From Candidatus Thorarchaeota archaeon (GTDB taxonomy: Archaea > Asgardarchaeota > Thorarchaeia > Thorarchaeales > Thorarchaeaceae), in contig JACAEL010000038.1 of assembly GCA_013388835.1 (NCBI GenBank), positions 171 to 64,170 on the forward strand: a DNA stretch of 64,000 nt, in the 5' to 3' direction. Made by a program: the position numbers and the translations under genes. A model generated the notes under the pieces. That model was not told where the DNA came from. It made no database searches and saw nothing but the letters and a program-made list of their open reading frames with translations. Within the stretch, counting starts at the first letter, position 1. Each line of letters begins with the position of its first letter. Positions 38,123 to 46,778 of the stretch are shown piece after piece.

Positions 38123-40717
38123 TTACCCACGCCGCTTGATCTCGTCCTGCATCTCACGCAGTTTGAGAAGGGCGTCCATCGGTGTGGTCCGGTCCAAGTC
38201 CATGTGCCGGATTCGTTCCACGATCGGGTCTTCTACTACGAGCGGCTCGAGGCTCGTCTGTACAGCGTCGGTGTGGGAAGCATCCAGGACTACCATGTTC
38301 TCCTTCTCGATCCTCTGCAGCAGCTGTCGTGCCCGCTTGATGACCGGCTCCGGAATGCCTGCCAGAGCAGCAACCTGAATGCCATAGCTCTTGTCTGTGC
38401 CGCCCTCGACCACCCTGTGAAGGAATACTATTGTGTCGCCGGACTCCTTAGCGAGCGTGTGCATGTTCTTCACCCCGTGGTAGCTGCGTGCCATGTCCGT
38501 CAGTTGGTGAAAGTGTGTGGCGAACAGAGTGCGGGTCTTCATCTGCGCCACTCTCTCCGCAACTGCCCATGCAAGCGCCATCCCATCGAAGGTTGAGGTG
38601 CCCCGGCCTATCTCATCGAGGACCACCAGGCTCCGGTCTGTGGCGTTGTTGAGTATGTTTGCGGTCTCAATCATCTCCACCATGAAAGTGCTCTGGCGTG
38701 CTGTGAGGTCGTCAAATGCGCCGACTCTGGTGAAGATCCTGTCCACGCATCCAATCTCTGCCTCCTTGGCCGGCACAAAGGAGCCCATCTGTGCCATCAG
38801 CACAATCAGCGCCGCCTGACGCATGTATGTGGACTTGCCCGCCATGTTCGGCCCTGTGACAATGACTAGGGTGGACCCGCCATCTCCCAGCTCTAGGCTG
38901 TTGGGGACGAACTCGTTCGGACCAAGGATGAGTTCAAGGGACGGGTGTCGCCCGTCCACTATCCGGATGGCCGTCCCCTCGGTCACCCTGGGCCGCGTGT
39001 ACTTGCGAGTGACAGCAACCTCAGCGAGAGCAGCGAGCACGTCGATGACTGCGATTGCTTGACTGTTGTTCCGTAAGGCATCGGACACATCACGCACGAG
39101 CCCTCGCAGTCGCTCGTAGATCTCATACTCCAGTCGGTTGATTCTGTCCTCACCTGCGAGCACCGCCTCTTCCTTCTCCTTTAGCTCCGGTGTGACGAAC
39201 CTCTCCGCATTCGCCAGTGTCTGTTTCCGCTCGTAGTCGTCAGGGACCTGGCTCAGGTTGCTGTTGGTCACCTCGATGTAGTAGCCGAAGACCTTGTTGA
39301 ACCCGACTCGTAGCGACTTGATTCCAGTCCTCATCCGCTCCCGCTGCTGAAGAGACGCAATCCACTTCTTGTCACTGGCTATGGAGGCCTTGAGCCGGTC
39401 GAGCTCCTCGTCGAAGCCGTCGCGAATCATCCCTCCCTCCCGGACACTCAGAGGCAGGTCATCGAGCAGAGCTGCCTTCAGTGTGGACTGAAGCTGGCTC
39501 AGGGGCTGAAGTCTTGATGCTGCCTCCACCAATACCTCAGACCTGAGTCCGCTGGCGATGGCCTTGAGGTGGGGTATCTTCTCGAGCGAGTTGCCCAGTG
39601 CAAGCAGGTCTCTTGCGCATCCGGTACCAAAGACGACCCTGCTAGTCGTCCTCTCAAGGTCACCGAACGCCTTCAATCCGGAGATGAGGTCCTTTCTCAG
39701 TATGGCCGCACGTGATAGCTCATCGATTGCGTCGAGCCTGCGGTCAATCGCGGCCACCGTCTTCAGAGGCTGTAGCATCCACTGTCGTAGCAGCCGCTTG
39801 CCCATCGGCGTCACAGTCTCCGAGAGGACTTCCAAGAGCGTCCCTCGCGTCGAACCGTCTCTGGCATTCCTGGTGAGTTCCAGATTCCGCTGTGTGGTGG
39901 AGTCAAGCACCATGTACTCGTCAAGTGAGTAGGACCTCAGAGTGGAGACCGTGACTGAGGATGTGCGGTGGACCTCCTGCACATATGACAGAGCTGCCCC
40001 CGCTGCTGCAACAGCCAGGCGCTTGTCCGCAAGTCCGAAGCCGTCGAGTGTGACCACGCGAAAGTGCTCCTTCAGACGCTGCTCGGCCGACCGCTCAGAG
40101 AACTCGGTGTCATTTCTGATGGTGACTCTGGCCCCGAAGCCCTGAAACGTGTCGCGGACGTTCTGCTCTCTTGCGACCGAGTCGGGAAGAAGGATCTCCG
40201 AAGGGCACAGCCGGCCTATCTCGTTGAGGACACGCTCGCATGTGATGGTGCCTGGGAACTCGGCAGCCATGAACTGACCGGTCGACACATCTATGGCGGA
40301 GAGCCCCACATGATCGCCATGGGGGACGAGTGCCACGAGGAAGTTGTTCTTTGCGTCCTCCAGAATCGTACTCTCAAGGACCGTACCGGGGGTTATCAGA
40401 CGCACAATGTCCCGTCTCACTATCCCCTTTGCCTCGGAGGGGTCCTCCACCTGGTCTGCCATCGCGACGGTGTAGCCCGCCTGCAGAAGCTTTGCAGCAT
40501 ATGACTCGACTGCGGTATAGGGGACTCCACACATGGGCCACCTGTCGACGCCCTCGCCGCGAGAGGTCAGTACTATGTCCAGCACCCGACTTGCTGTGAT
40601 CGCGTCCTCGTTGAACATCTCATAGAAGTCACCAAGTCGGAACATCAGAATGCTGTTTGGATGCGCCCTCTTCAGCTGAAGGTACTGACGCTGCATGGGG
40701 GTCTGCTTCTGAACCAT
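38123..40717 (-). CDS. mutS: DNA mismatch repair protein MutS (MutS1-type, 864 aa)
   Basis: N-terminal mismatch-binding MQRQYLQLK…GDFYEMF, Walker A GPNMAGKSTYMRQ, Walker B DE in VVLDEIGRGTSTFDG, C-terminal HTH-like region. Confidence 0.9.
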   Translation of the reverse strand: MVQKQTPMQRQYLQLKRAHPNSILMFRLGDFYEMFNEDAITASRVLDIVLTSRGEGVDRWPMCGVPYTAVESYAAKLLQAGYTVAMADQVEDPSEAKGIVRRDIVRLITPGTVLESTILEDAKNNFLVALVPHGDHVGLSAIDVSTGQFMAAEFPGTITCERVLNEIGRLCPSEILLPDSVAREQNVRDTFQGFGARVTIRNDTEFSERSAEQRLKEHFRVVTLDGFGLADKRLAVAAAGAALSYVQEVHRTSSVTVSTLRSYSLDEYMVLDSTTQRNLELTRNARDGSTRGTLLEVLSETVTPMGKRLLRQWMLQPLKTVAAIDRRLDAIDELSRAAILRKDLISGLKAFGDLERTTSRVVFGTGCARDLLALGNSLEKIPHLKAIASGLRSEVLVEAASRLQPLSQLQSTLKAALLDDLPLSVREGGMIRDGFDEELDRLKASIASDKKWIASLQQRERMRTGIKSLRVGFNKVFGYYIEVTNSNLSQVPDDYERKQTLANAERFVTPELKEKEEAVLAGEDRINRLEYEIYERLRGLVRDVSDALRNNSQAIAVIDVLAALAEVAVTRKYTRPRVTEGTAIRIVDGRHPSLELILGPNEFVPNSLELGDGGSTLVIVTGPNMAGKSTYMRQAALIVLMAQMGSFVPAKEAEIGCVDRIFTRVGAFDDLTARQSTFMVEMIETANILNNATDRSLVVLDEIGRGTSTFDGMALAWAVAERVAQMKTRTLFATHFHQLTDMARSYHGVKNMHTLAKESGDTIVFLHRVVEGGTDKSYGIQVAALAGIPEPVIKRARQLLQRIEKENMVVLDASHTDAVQTSLEPLVVEDPIVERIRHMDLDRTTPMDALLKLREMQDEIKRRG

Positions 40718-40908
40718 GACTCCTCGTCGGCCCTGTCCGAGGCGTGACTAATAACAGCATCGCATTACCATGAGCAGTGTGCACCGGGACCCATTGCTTG
40801 GACGGTATCATCTTGGCACCACACTCTGCAGTGATCCTGACAATGCTTGCGACATCCACGTAGAAAGCTTTAGATAATCGGCCGAATGCATCAGGACGGA
40901 GGCCTGTC

Positions 40909-42114
40909 TTGACGCCAAAGGAGAAGTACGAGGTTGTGGTCGTTGGTGCTGGTCCTGCTGGGAGCACGGCGGCCAGGACTGTTGCAGAGCATGGTCATTC
41001 GGTCCTTCTTCTAGAGCGAAGACGAAGGATAGGCTGGCCTGTCCAGTGTGGCGAGCTTCTTCCGGCAAGGACCGAGATAGAGCGTCTGCTGCCGGAGTCC
41101 CCTCGCGCTTCTAGACTCTGTACACCCCCTGCTCACACGGTCACGAACAGGTGCAGACTCCTCCGTCTTGTCTCTCCGCTTGGTAGTATTGCCGAGTTCA
41201 GATTCCTCCACAGCGTACTTGACCGTTCTCTGTTCGACCAGTTCCTCGCAGACCGAGCCGTGGACGCAGGCGCTGAGCTGTGCCTTGAGACTGCCGCAGT
41301 CAACCGGTCTGCAGACAACCACATCGGCCTTCGTATACGAGGGCGGGAGAGTCTCGTGGTCAGTGGCCGAGTCGTCGTCGGAGCCGATGGACCAAAGTCC
41401 CTGATAGCAACCTCGATTCGAAGCGTGTATCCCAATGAGGACCGCGACATGTCGCTCTCGATGCAGTATGTGATGCGCGGTGTTGAGTGCGATGAGGACG
41501 TCACCGAGATGCACTTCGGTAGCAGTGTTGCTCCGGGAGGCTATGCATGGATCATACCGAAGGGTGACGAAGTGGCAAATGTGGGTCTCGGTCTGAGGAG
41601 AGCTTTCTCTCGTGAGGGTACGCTTCTGCGCGACTACCTGAACCGATTTGTGAAACGCAATCCCAATGTGTCGGGGATGCTGGCGCGTGCAAAGGTGGTG
41701 AGCAGGATAAGCGCCTACATCCCTGTGGGAGGACCGACCAAGAGAGTCCATGGGCCCGGTGTCGTACTGGCCGGTGATGCCGCCGGTCACGTGATGGCCT
41801 CGAACGGTGGAGGGATTCCCACAGCACTGGTCGCGGGCGAGCTCGCAGGCATGGCAGTCTCAAGTCACCTGAAGGGCGGAGCACCACTGTCATCGTATGA
41901 TGCTGCATGTAGGAAGGAGATGGGCGCCGTGCTGGAGGAGGCACTCAGAGTGCTGAGAGTCGCTGACAGGGTGATGCGCTCCGACACAGTCACAGACCAG
42001 TGCATGCGGCTGGCCGGGCCGCGGTTTCTTCAGCATCTGATCCGGTGCAGGCTTCCCCTGCCCGTCGCGCTCGCATCGAAGACACTGGTCCGGGCACTGG
42101 AGTGGACGGACTGA
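40909..42114 (+). CDS. Geranylgeranyl reductase family FAD-dependent oxidoreductase (archaeal lipid saturation)
   Basis: YEVVVVGAGPAGSTAAR FAD motif, CGE, and the length and architecture of the GGR/ChlP family. Confidence 0.75.
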   Translation: MTPKEKYEVVVVGAGPAGSTAARTVAEHGHSVLLLERRRRIGWPVQCGELLPARTEIERLLPESPRASRLCTPPAHTVTNRCRLLRLVSPLGSIAEFRFLHSVLDRSLFDQFLADRAVDAGAELCLETAAVNRSADNHIGLRIRGRESLVVSGRVVVGADGPKSLIATSIRSVYPNEDRDMSLSMQYVMRGVECDEDVTEMHFGSSVAPGGYAWIIPKGDEVANVGLGLRRAFSREGTLLRDYLNRFVKRNPNVSGMLARAKVVSRISAYIPVGGPTKRVHGPGVVLAGDAAGHVMASNGGGIPTALVAGELAGMAVSSHLKGGAPLSSYDAACRKEMGAVLEEALRVLRVADRVMRSDTVTDQCMRLAGPRFLQHLIRCRLPLPVALASKTLVRALEWTD

Positions 42115-42122
42115 GCCCATGA

Positions 42123-43070
42123 CTAGTAGAGGCGTTCCACCACGAAGTCAGCGAGTGCCAGCAGAGTGTCCTTTCTCGTCAGTTCCTCATCGCGCAGCTG
42201 CTGTCTTGCCTCTTCAGCGTAGTGCTTTGCCAGTCGCACGGTCTCCTCAACGGCTCGCGTCTCGTCAATCATCCTGAGCGCTGGTTCGATGTCCGACATA
42301 CTGAGCCCCCGGATTGCACGGGCTCGCACTTCGTCGGATGAGGACTCGAGGCCATATACAAGCGGATAGCTGATACGCCTGTGTCTGAGGTCTGAGAGTG
42401 CTGATGTGTCCGCATCGCGCTGAAGCGAACGGACGTCAAGTACATCATCCCGTAGTTGAAACGCTATGCCAATCATCTTGCCGAACTCCCCAAGGACCTC
42501 CACCTGTCTGTCAGTCCCGCCCCCGAGCAGGGCGCCCACTTGAGATATCCCCATCATGAAGGAGGCAGTCTTGCTTCTCACCACACTCATGTAATATGAG
42601 GTGGTCATGTGTCCAGGATTGGAGAGGTCGATGAGAAAGTCGGACGCTTCTCCCTCACACATCACAATCCCGCATTCGCTAAGCCTCTGAAGGACTTCTG
42701 GTACAGCTCTCTGCCCTATGATTCGCACGGCAAGGGCAATCAAGAGGTCTCCTGCAATGACTGCAATCTTGGTGCCGTACTTCAGGTGGGTAGACGTGAC
42801 ACCACGACGAACACTGTCATCATCGATGATGTCGTCGTGGATCAGACTGGCGGTCTGGATCAGTTCTGTCGCTGCTGCAAAGGGCAGTGCGTCTTCGGCG
42901 GTGCCTCCAACGCTTATGCACGCGAGGAGCATCAAGAGAGACCGGACTTTCTTTCCACTCGCCTTGAGCAGATGGTGTGCGGCCTCGTAGAGCACAGCTG
43001 GCTCTCTTCCGGTCCTAACTCCGAGCAGTCGCTCAATCTCCTCGTCGACCAGACTGAGCAGCTCTGTCAC
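42123..43070 (-). CDS. Polyprenyl synthetase (GGPP synthase-like trans-prenyltransferase)
   Basis: First DDxxD (LIHDDIIDDD) and second DDxxD (QLRDDVLD) aspartate-rich motifs. Confidence 0.85.
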   Translation of the reverse strand: MTELLSLVDEEIERLLGVRTGREPAVLYEAAHHLLKASGKKVRSLLMLLACISVGGTAEDALPFAAATELIQTASLIHDDIIDDDSVRRGVTSTHLKYGTKIAVIAGDLLIALAVRIIGQRAVPEVLQRLSECGIVMCEGEASDFLIDLSNPGHMTTSYYMSVVRSKTASFMMGISQVGALLGGGTDRQVEVLGEFGKMIGIAFQLRDDVLDVRSLQRDADTSALSDLRHRRISYPLVYGLESSSDEVRARAIRGLSMSDIEPALRMIDETRAVEETVRLAKHYAEEARQQLRDEELTRKDTLLALADFVVERLY

Positions 43071-43297
43071 ATCGCCGCGTTCAAGAAAACTGAGCGGAGA
43101 GGCGTCTGTCCTGATTCCATTCGGCTGTTCATTTCGAGCGTCGGCTATTTCACGACGGCCTCCGAATCCTTGTCTTCAAGAAGCATCGTTCTGCAACGGC
43201 CTCGGTTCTCCAAGACCAGCAAGAGGCGTTCTCACTGACGGTTCAGTACGGAATGCTTAAACGTTTCGCGTAGCTGCATCGGTAATACTCCTTTCAT

Positions 43298-44350
43298 GTG
43301 AGCCGATATCAGATGAGCCAAGAGCAGACTCCTCCTAGCAAGGCACGCATCTGGTTGAGAGAGATGCGACTTCCGTTTCTCACTGCGACGATAGTGCCAA
43401 TCGGATTTGGTACGGCAATGGCGTGGGCGGTCCATGGAGTCTTCATGCTCGACCTGTTTCTCCTGACGAACCTCGCAGGTGCCTGTCTTCACATCGGTGC
43501 CAACGTCGCCAACGACTACTTTGACCATGTGAATCGGACAGACGACATGAACGTTGACTTCGTACGTCCCTTTAGTGGCGGCGCTAGACTCATTCAGGAA
43601 GGACTGCTGAGACCCAAGGAGGTCCTTGCTGGTGCGCTCGTCATCCTTGCGTTCGGAGGTGTGATAGGCCTGTACCTCTTCACCGTGAGGGGCCTTGTCA
43701 TTCTCATCCTCGGTGGCATCGGTGCGTTCTCCGGCTTCTTCTACTCGGCTCCACCATTCAAGTTCCAAGCGCGAGGTATGGGAGAGCCCTTCATCGGTCT
43801 CAACTTCGGAGTCCTGATGGTATTCGGGGCATACTACGTGCAGGTGCCAGAGCTGTCTCTCGACCCACTGATTGCATCTCTCCCAATTGCCACGCTTGTG
43901 ACGGCCATCCTCTACATCAACCAGTTCCCTGACTCGCGAGCAGATGAGGCGGCAGGGAAGAGGACTCTTGTCGTGCGGCTCGGTCTCAGAGCATCGGCGA
44001 AGGGCTACCTCTTCCTAATGCTGTTCGAGTACGCCTCACTCATACTGGGCATCATCATGGGATTCGTTCACCCGTTTGCCCTGGCGGCCCTCGGGACCAT
44101 TCCACTCGCCGCAAAGGGAAGTGCGGTGGCACTCAGGGAGTATGAACATCCACTCGGGCTTATCCCCTCCTACGCCTCGACCATCATGAACCACCTTCTC
44201 ACCGGTGCCGCCATGGCGGGTGCATATGTTCTGGTCGGGCTCGGTCTGACATACGAGTTCGCTGTGGCTCTGGGCATCTGTGTCCTGGTGGTCTCCTGTG
44301 TCAATGCTCGGAAGATGAGGGCTCCGCCTGCTCCGCCGTCCTCTGTCTGA
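43298..44350 (+). CDS. UbiA-family aromatic/lipid prenyltransferase (MenA- or DGGGP-synthase-like)
   Basis: NDYFDHVNRTDD (NDxxDxxxD) and a second Asp-rich motif in a 9-TM protein. Confidence 0.8.
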   Translation: MSRYQMSQEQTPPSKARIWLREMRLPFLTATIVPIGFGTAMAWAVHGVFMLDLFLLTNLAGACLHIGANVANDYFDHVNRTDDMNVDFVRPFSGGARLIQEGLLRPKEVLAGALVILAFGGVIGLYLFTVRGLVILILGGIGAFSGFFYSAPPFKFQARGMGEPFIGLNFGVLMVFGAYYVQVPELSLDPLIASLPIATLVTAILYINQFPDSRADEAAGKRTLVVRLGLRASAKGYLFLMLFEYASLILGIIMGFVHPFALAALGTIPLAAKGSAVALREYEHPLGLIPSYASTIMNHLLTGAAMAGAYVLVGLGLTYEFAVALGICVLVVSCVNARKMRAPPAPPSSV

Positions 44351-45245
44351 TACCGCGCACAAGACACCTGAAGAAGGCTCGCAGGTCTCTTGGCCGGACA
44401 TGGAGGGCAGGCACGCTTCCCATGTAGTCAACATAGGACTGACCGAATCGTTCAATGAGCTCGGCCTCCTCACGTCTGATGTGAACTCGCACGAGCAGAC
44501 AGACTGCCAGAGCGATTATGAGGGAGTAGATTGAGAACCTCAACGCAATGACAGACAGAGCATAGAGGATGGCTGAGAAGTACGCGGGATGGCGCAACAG
44601 GGAGTATATCTCGTGGTTCTGGACCTCTGACTCCTCAGGGAAGTACAGGTAGAGCACGACCATGTAGTCAACCCCAAACGTGAAGAAGGCACTGAGTGTG
44701 GTGAGAAGACCGATGGCGAAGATAGTGGAGAAGCAGAGTACTCTCAGTATCACGTCTACCTCTGCCGGCACCCCGAGAATGGGCAGCAGTGACCGCGACC
44801 ACTGAATGGTGACGTAGTTCACCGGGCTACCGAGAGGAACGGATCGGATTGACGTCGCAGCATGAAGAAGCAGTGATGGAATCAGCGCGACGCCCGCAAG
44901 GCCATTTCGAACCACCTTCTGATATGCAAGTGGTCCGTACAGTGCCTTCATTGATGCTCGTCGGGTCCACATCCGGGCTATCAGTCTTAGAGAGATCACC
45001 GACATGGTCAGGCTTCCGATGATTGGCAGGTACGGCTCGACAGCAACAAGCACATCCACACCAGGGAAGAGCCGGGGAAGGACATCCACAGAGAGCAGAA
45101 GGAGGTATCCCATGCATGTGGTCAACAAGACGCCCAAGGGGAATAGCAGTATCCGTCTCCCCGGATAGTCGGGCAGCTTTTCTCGAAGCCGGTCAAGACC
45201 CTTGATGTGCATCACTATAGACCTCGTCGTGCAGACGAGAGGCAT
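44301..45245 (-). CDS. Membrane protein with C-terminal isoprenylcysteine carboxyl methyltransferase (ICMT)/phospholipid methyltransferase-like domain
   Basis: The C-terminus RHPAYFSAILYAL…RVHIRREEAELIERFGQSYVDYMGSVPALHVRP matches the ICMT-family signature (RHPxY…EE…FG..Y..Y); several N-terminal TM helices. Confidence 0.55.
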   Translation of the reverse strand: MPLVCTTRSIVMHIKGLDRLREKLPDYPGRRILLFPLGVLLTTCMGYLLLLSVDVLPRLFPGVDVLVAVEPYLPIIGSLTMSVISLRLIARMWTRRASMKALYGPLAYQKVVRNGLAGVALIPSLLLHAATSIRSVPLGSPVNYVTIQWSRSLLPILGVPAEVDVILRVLCFSTIFAIGLLTTLSAFFTFGVDYMVVLYLYFPEESEVQNHEIYSLLRHPAYFSAILYALSVIALRFSIYSLIIALAVCLLVRVHIRREEAELIERFGQSYVDYMGSVPALHVRPRDLRAFFRCLVRGIRQRTAEQAEPSSSEH

Positions 45246-45284
45246 ACGGTGAGATTAGACTTCCGGTGAGCTTGCATCAGTGAC

Positions 45285-46514
45285 TCAGTATATCTCATCC
45301 AGCCCGTCCCACTTCAGGCCGAGTGCCTGTGCAACCAGCACTGCGAGGTCCTTCACCTGCTTGCTACTGCCAGTCTGCGGCAGCTGTTCATGCATGAAGT
45401 CAACGCATGAGGGACAGGCGGTGGCCACGACCTGTGCGCTGGTGGCCTCGATATCCTCGACCTTCAGGCGGTTTATCTTGACAGAGAAGTCCGGGTCGAA
45501 CGCGCGGAGGACTCCACCACTTCCGCAACAGAAGCTCTTGTTCTTGGTGTGAGGCAGCTCCTCAAAGGTGACCCCAGGCAGGTTCTCGAGCACCTTGCGG
45601 GGTTCTTCATAGATGCCGCTGTTCCTTCCCGCATCGCACCCGTCATGGAATGTCACTGACACGTCCAGCGGACTGGTGAGGCCGCTGATTCTGCCGCGGT
45701 CGATGAGGTCAGCATAGTACTGAGCACCGTAGATGACCTCGAAGGGCACATCGATGTCCAGGAACTCGTGGTACTCTTCCTTCCACATCCTGTAGCAGCC
45801 AGGACAATTCGTGACCAGCCGCTCCACCCCGAGTTCCCTGTACTTGGCAATGTTGTGTTCGGCGAACAGTCTTGCGGTCTCGAAGTCGCCTGCCATTATC
45901 ATGGGGGCTCCGCAGCACCACTCCTGATCGCCCAGGACTGTGTAGTCTTCCTCCACCCGGTCCATTATGAGCGTCGTGGCGATGGTGGCCTGAATCGGCA
46001 CCGCCCTGTAAGAGGATGCGCAGCCGAAGAAGAACGCCGTCTTGGCTCTGCGACCCACACGCGACAGGAGGGCGTCCTCGTCGGGGTGCCAGTACGACCA
46101 GCCCTCCACCCGGTCCATCTGGCTCTGGCCTTGGACATTGTAAGACTTCAGAAGTGTCTCTCGGGCCGTCTTGAGCTGCTCGGGCCACATCCCCGCCTTG
46201 AAGAAGTCTGCTCGCATCGTCTGATACAGCTTCACGAAGGGGATGTTGACCTGACAGACCTCCTCACAGCCTCCACACAGTGTGCAGCCAAAGACCGCGT
46301 CCCTGAGACCGGTCAGTCCTTCAGACGGCTTGATTCTCTTCTGGAGAAGGGCTCGGGTCAGAAGCATCTTTCCCTTTCCTGAGTAACTGTCCACGCGCTT
46401 CACCTTGTATGTGGGGCAGGCACCATTGCCCACCTGGCAGAAGGAACACTGAGCACATCTGAATGCCATCTCCTGGAGACCATACTCTTGTAGTGTTGAG
46501 AATCGCATGGACAC
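45285..46514 (-). CDS. (Fe-S)-binding oxidoreductase with two 4Fe-4S motifs and two CCG domains (GlcF/GlpC/HdrD-like)
   Basis: CAQCSFCQVGNGACP and CTLCGGCEEVCQ ferredoxin motifs; CCG domains (CCGAPM…, CPGCY…, CCGSGG…). Confidence 0.8.
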   Translation of the reverse strand: MSMRFSTLQEYGLQEMAFRCAQCSFCQVGNGACPTYKVKRVDSYSGKGKMLLTRALLQKRIKPSEGLTGLRDAVFGCTLCGGCEEVCQVNIPFVKLYQTMRADFFKAGMWPEQLKTARETLLKSYNVQGQSQMDRVEGWSYWHPDEDALLSRVGRRAKTAFFFGCASSYRAVPIQATIATTLIMDRVEEDYTVLGDQEWCCGAPMIMAGDFETARLFAEHNIAKYRELGVERLVTNCPGCYRMWKEEYHEFLDIDVPFEVIYGAQYYADLIDRGRISGLTSPLDVSVTFHDGCDAGRNSGIYEEPRKVLENLPGVTFEELPHTKNKSFCCGSGGVLRAFDPDFSVKINRLKVEDIEATSAQVVATACPSCVDFMHEQLPQTGSSKQVKDLAVLVAQALGLKWDGLDEIY

Positions 46515-46778
46515 TCACCAAGCCGGGCGCATCAAGCCAGACAACAGGCGAGCTGTCGTAGTTGGACTAGAAATACCTTTTCACATGACCAGTCCCGTCC
46601 AGCCAGACCATCCGGACCCGAGGCTGACAGGCAAGTCTGATTGATTGCAGGACCAAGCACATCTCCCACGGCGGGTCGCTTGTGCAGGAGATGAAAAGGA
46701 CACCCACCTCGCCAGCTTTTTAAGTCGTGACGGCCCCTGCGTGAAACCGGACCCAGATCGAACAGGGAGCCGCCTCCA

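Noticed and set aside
41011-41790. 259-aa minus-strand ORF inside the geranylgeranyl reductase gene
   Set aside because: Antisense to a gene with a clear FAD-binding GxGxxG motif.
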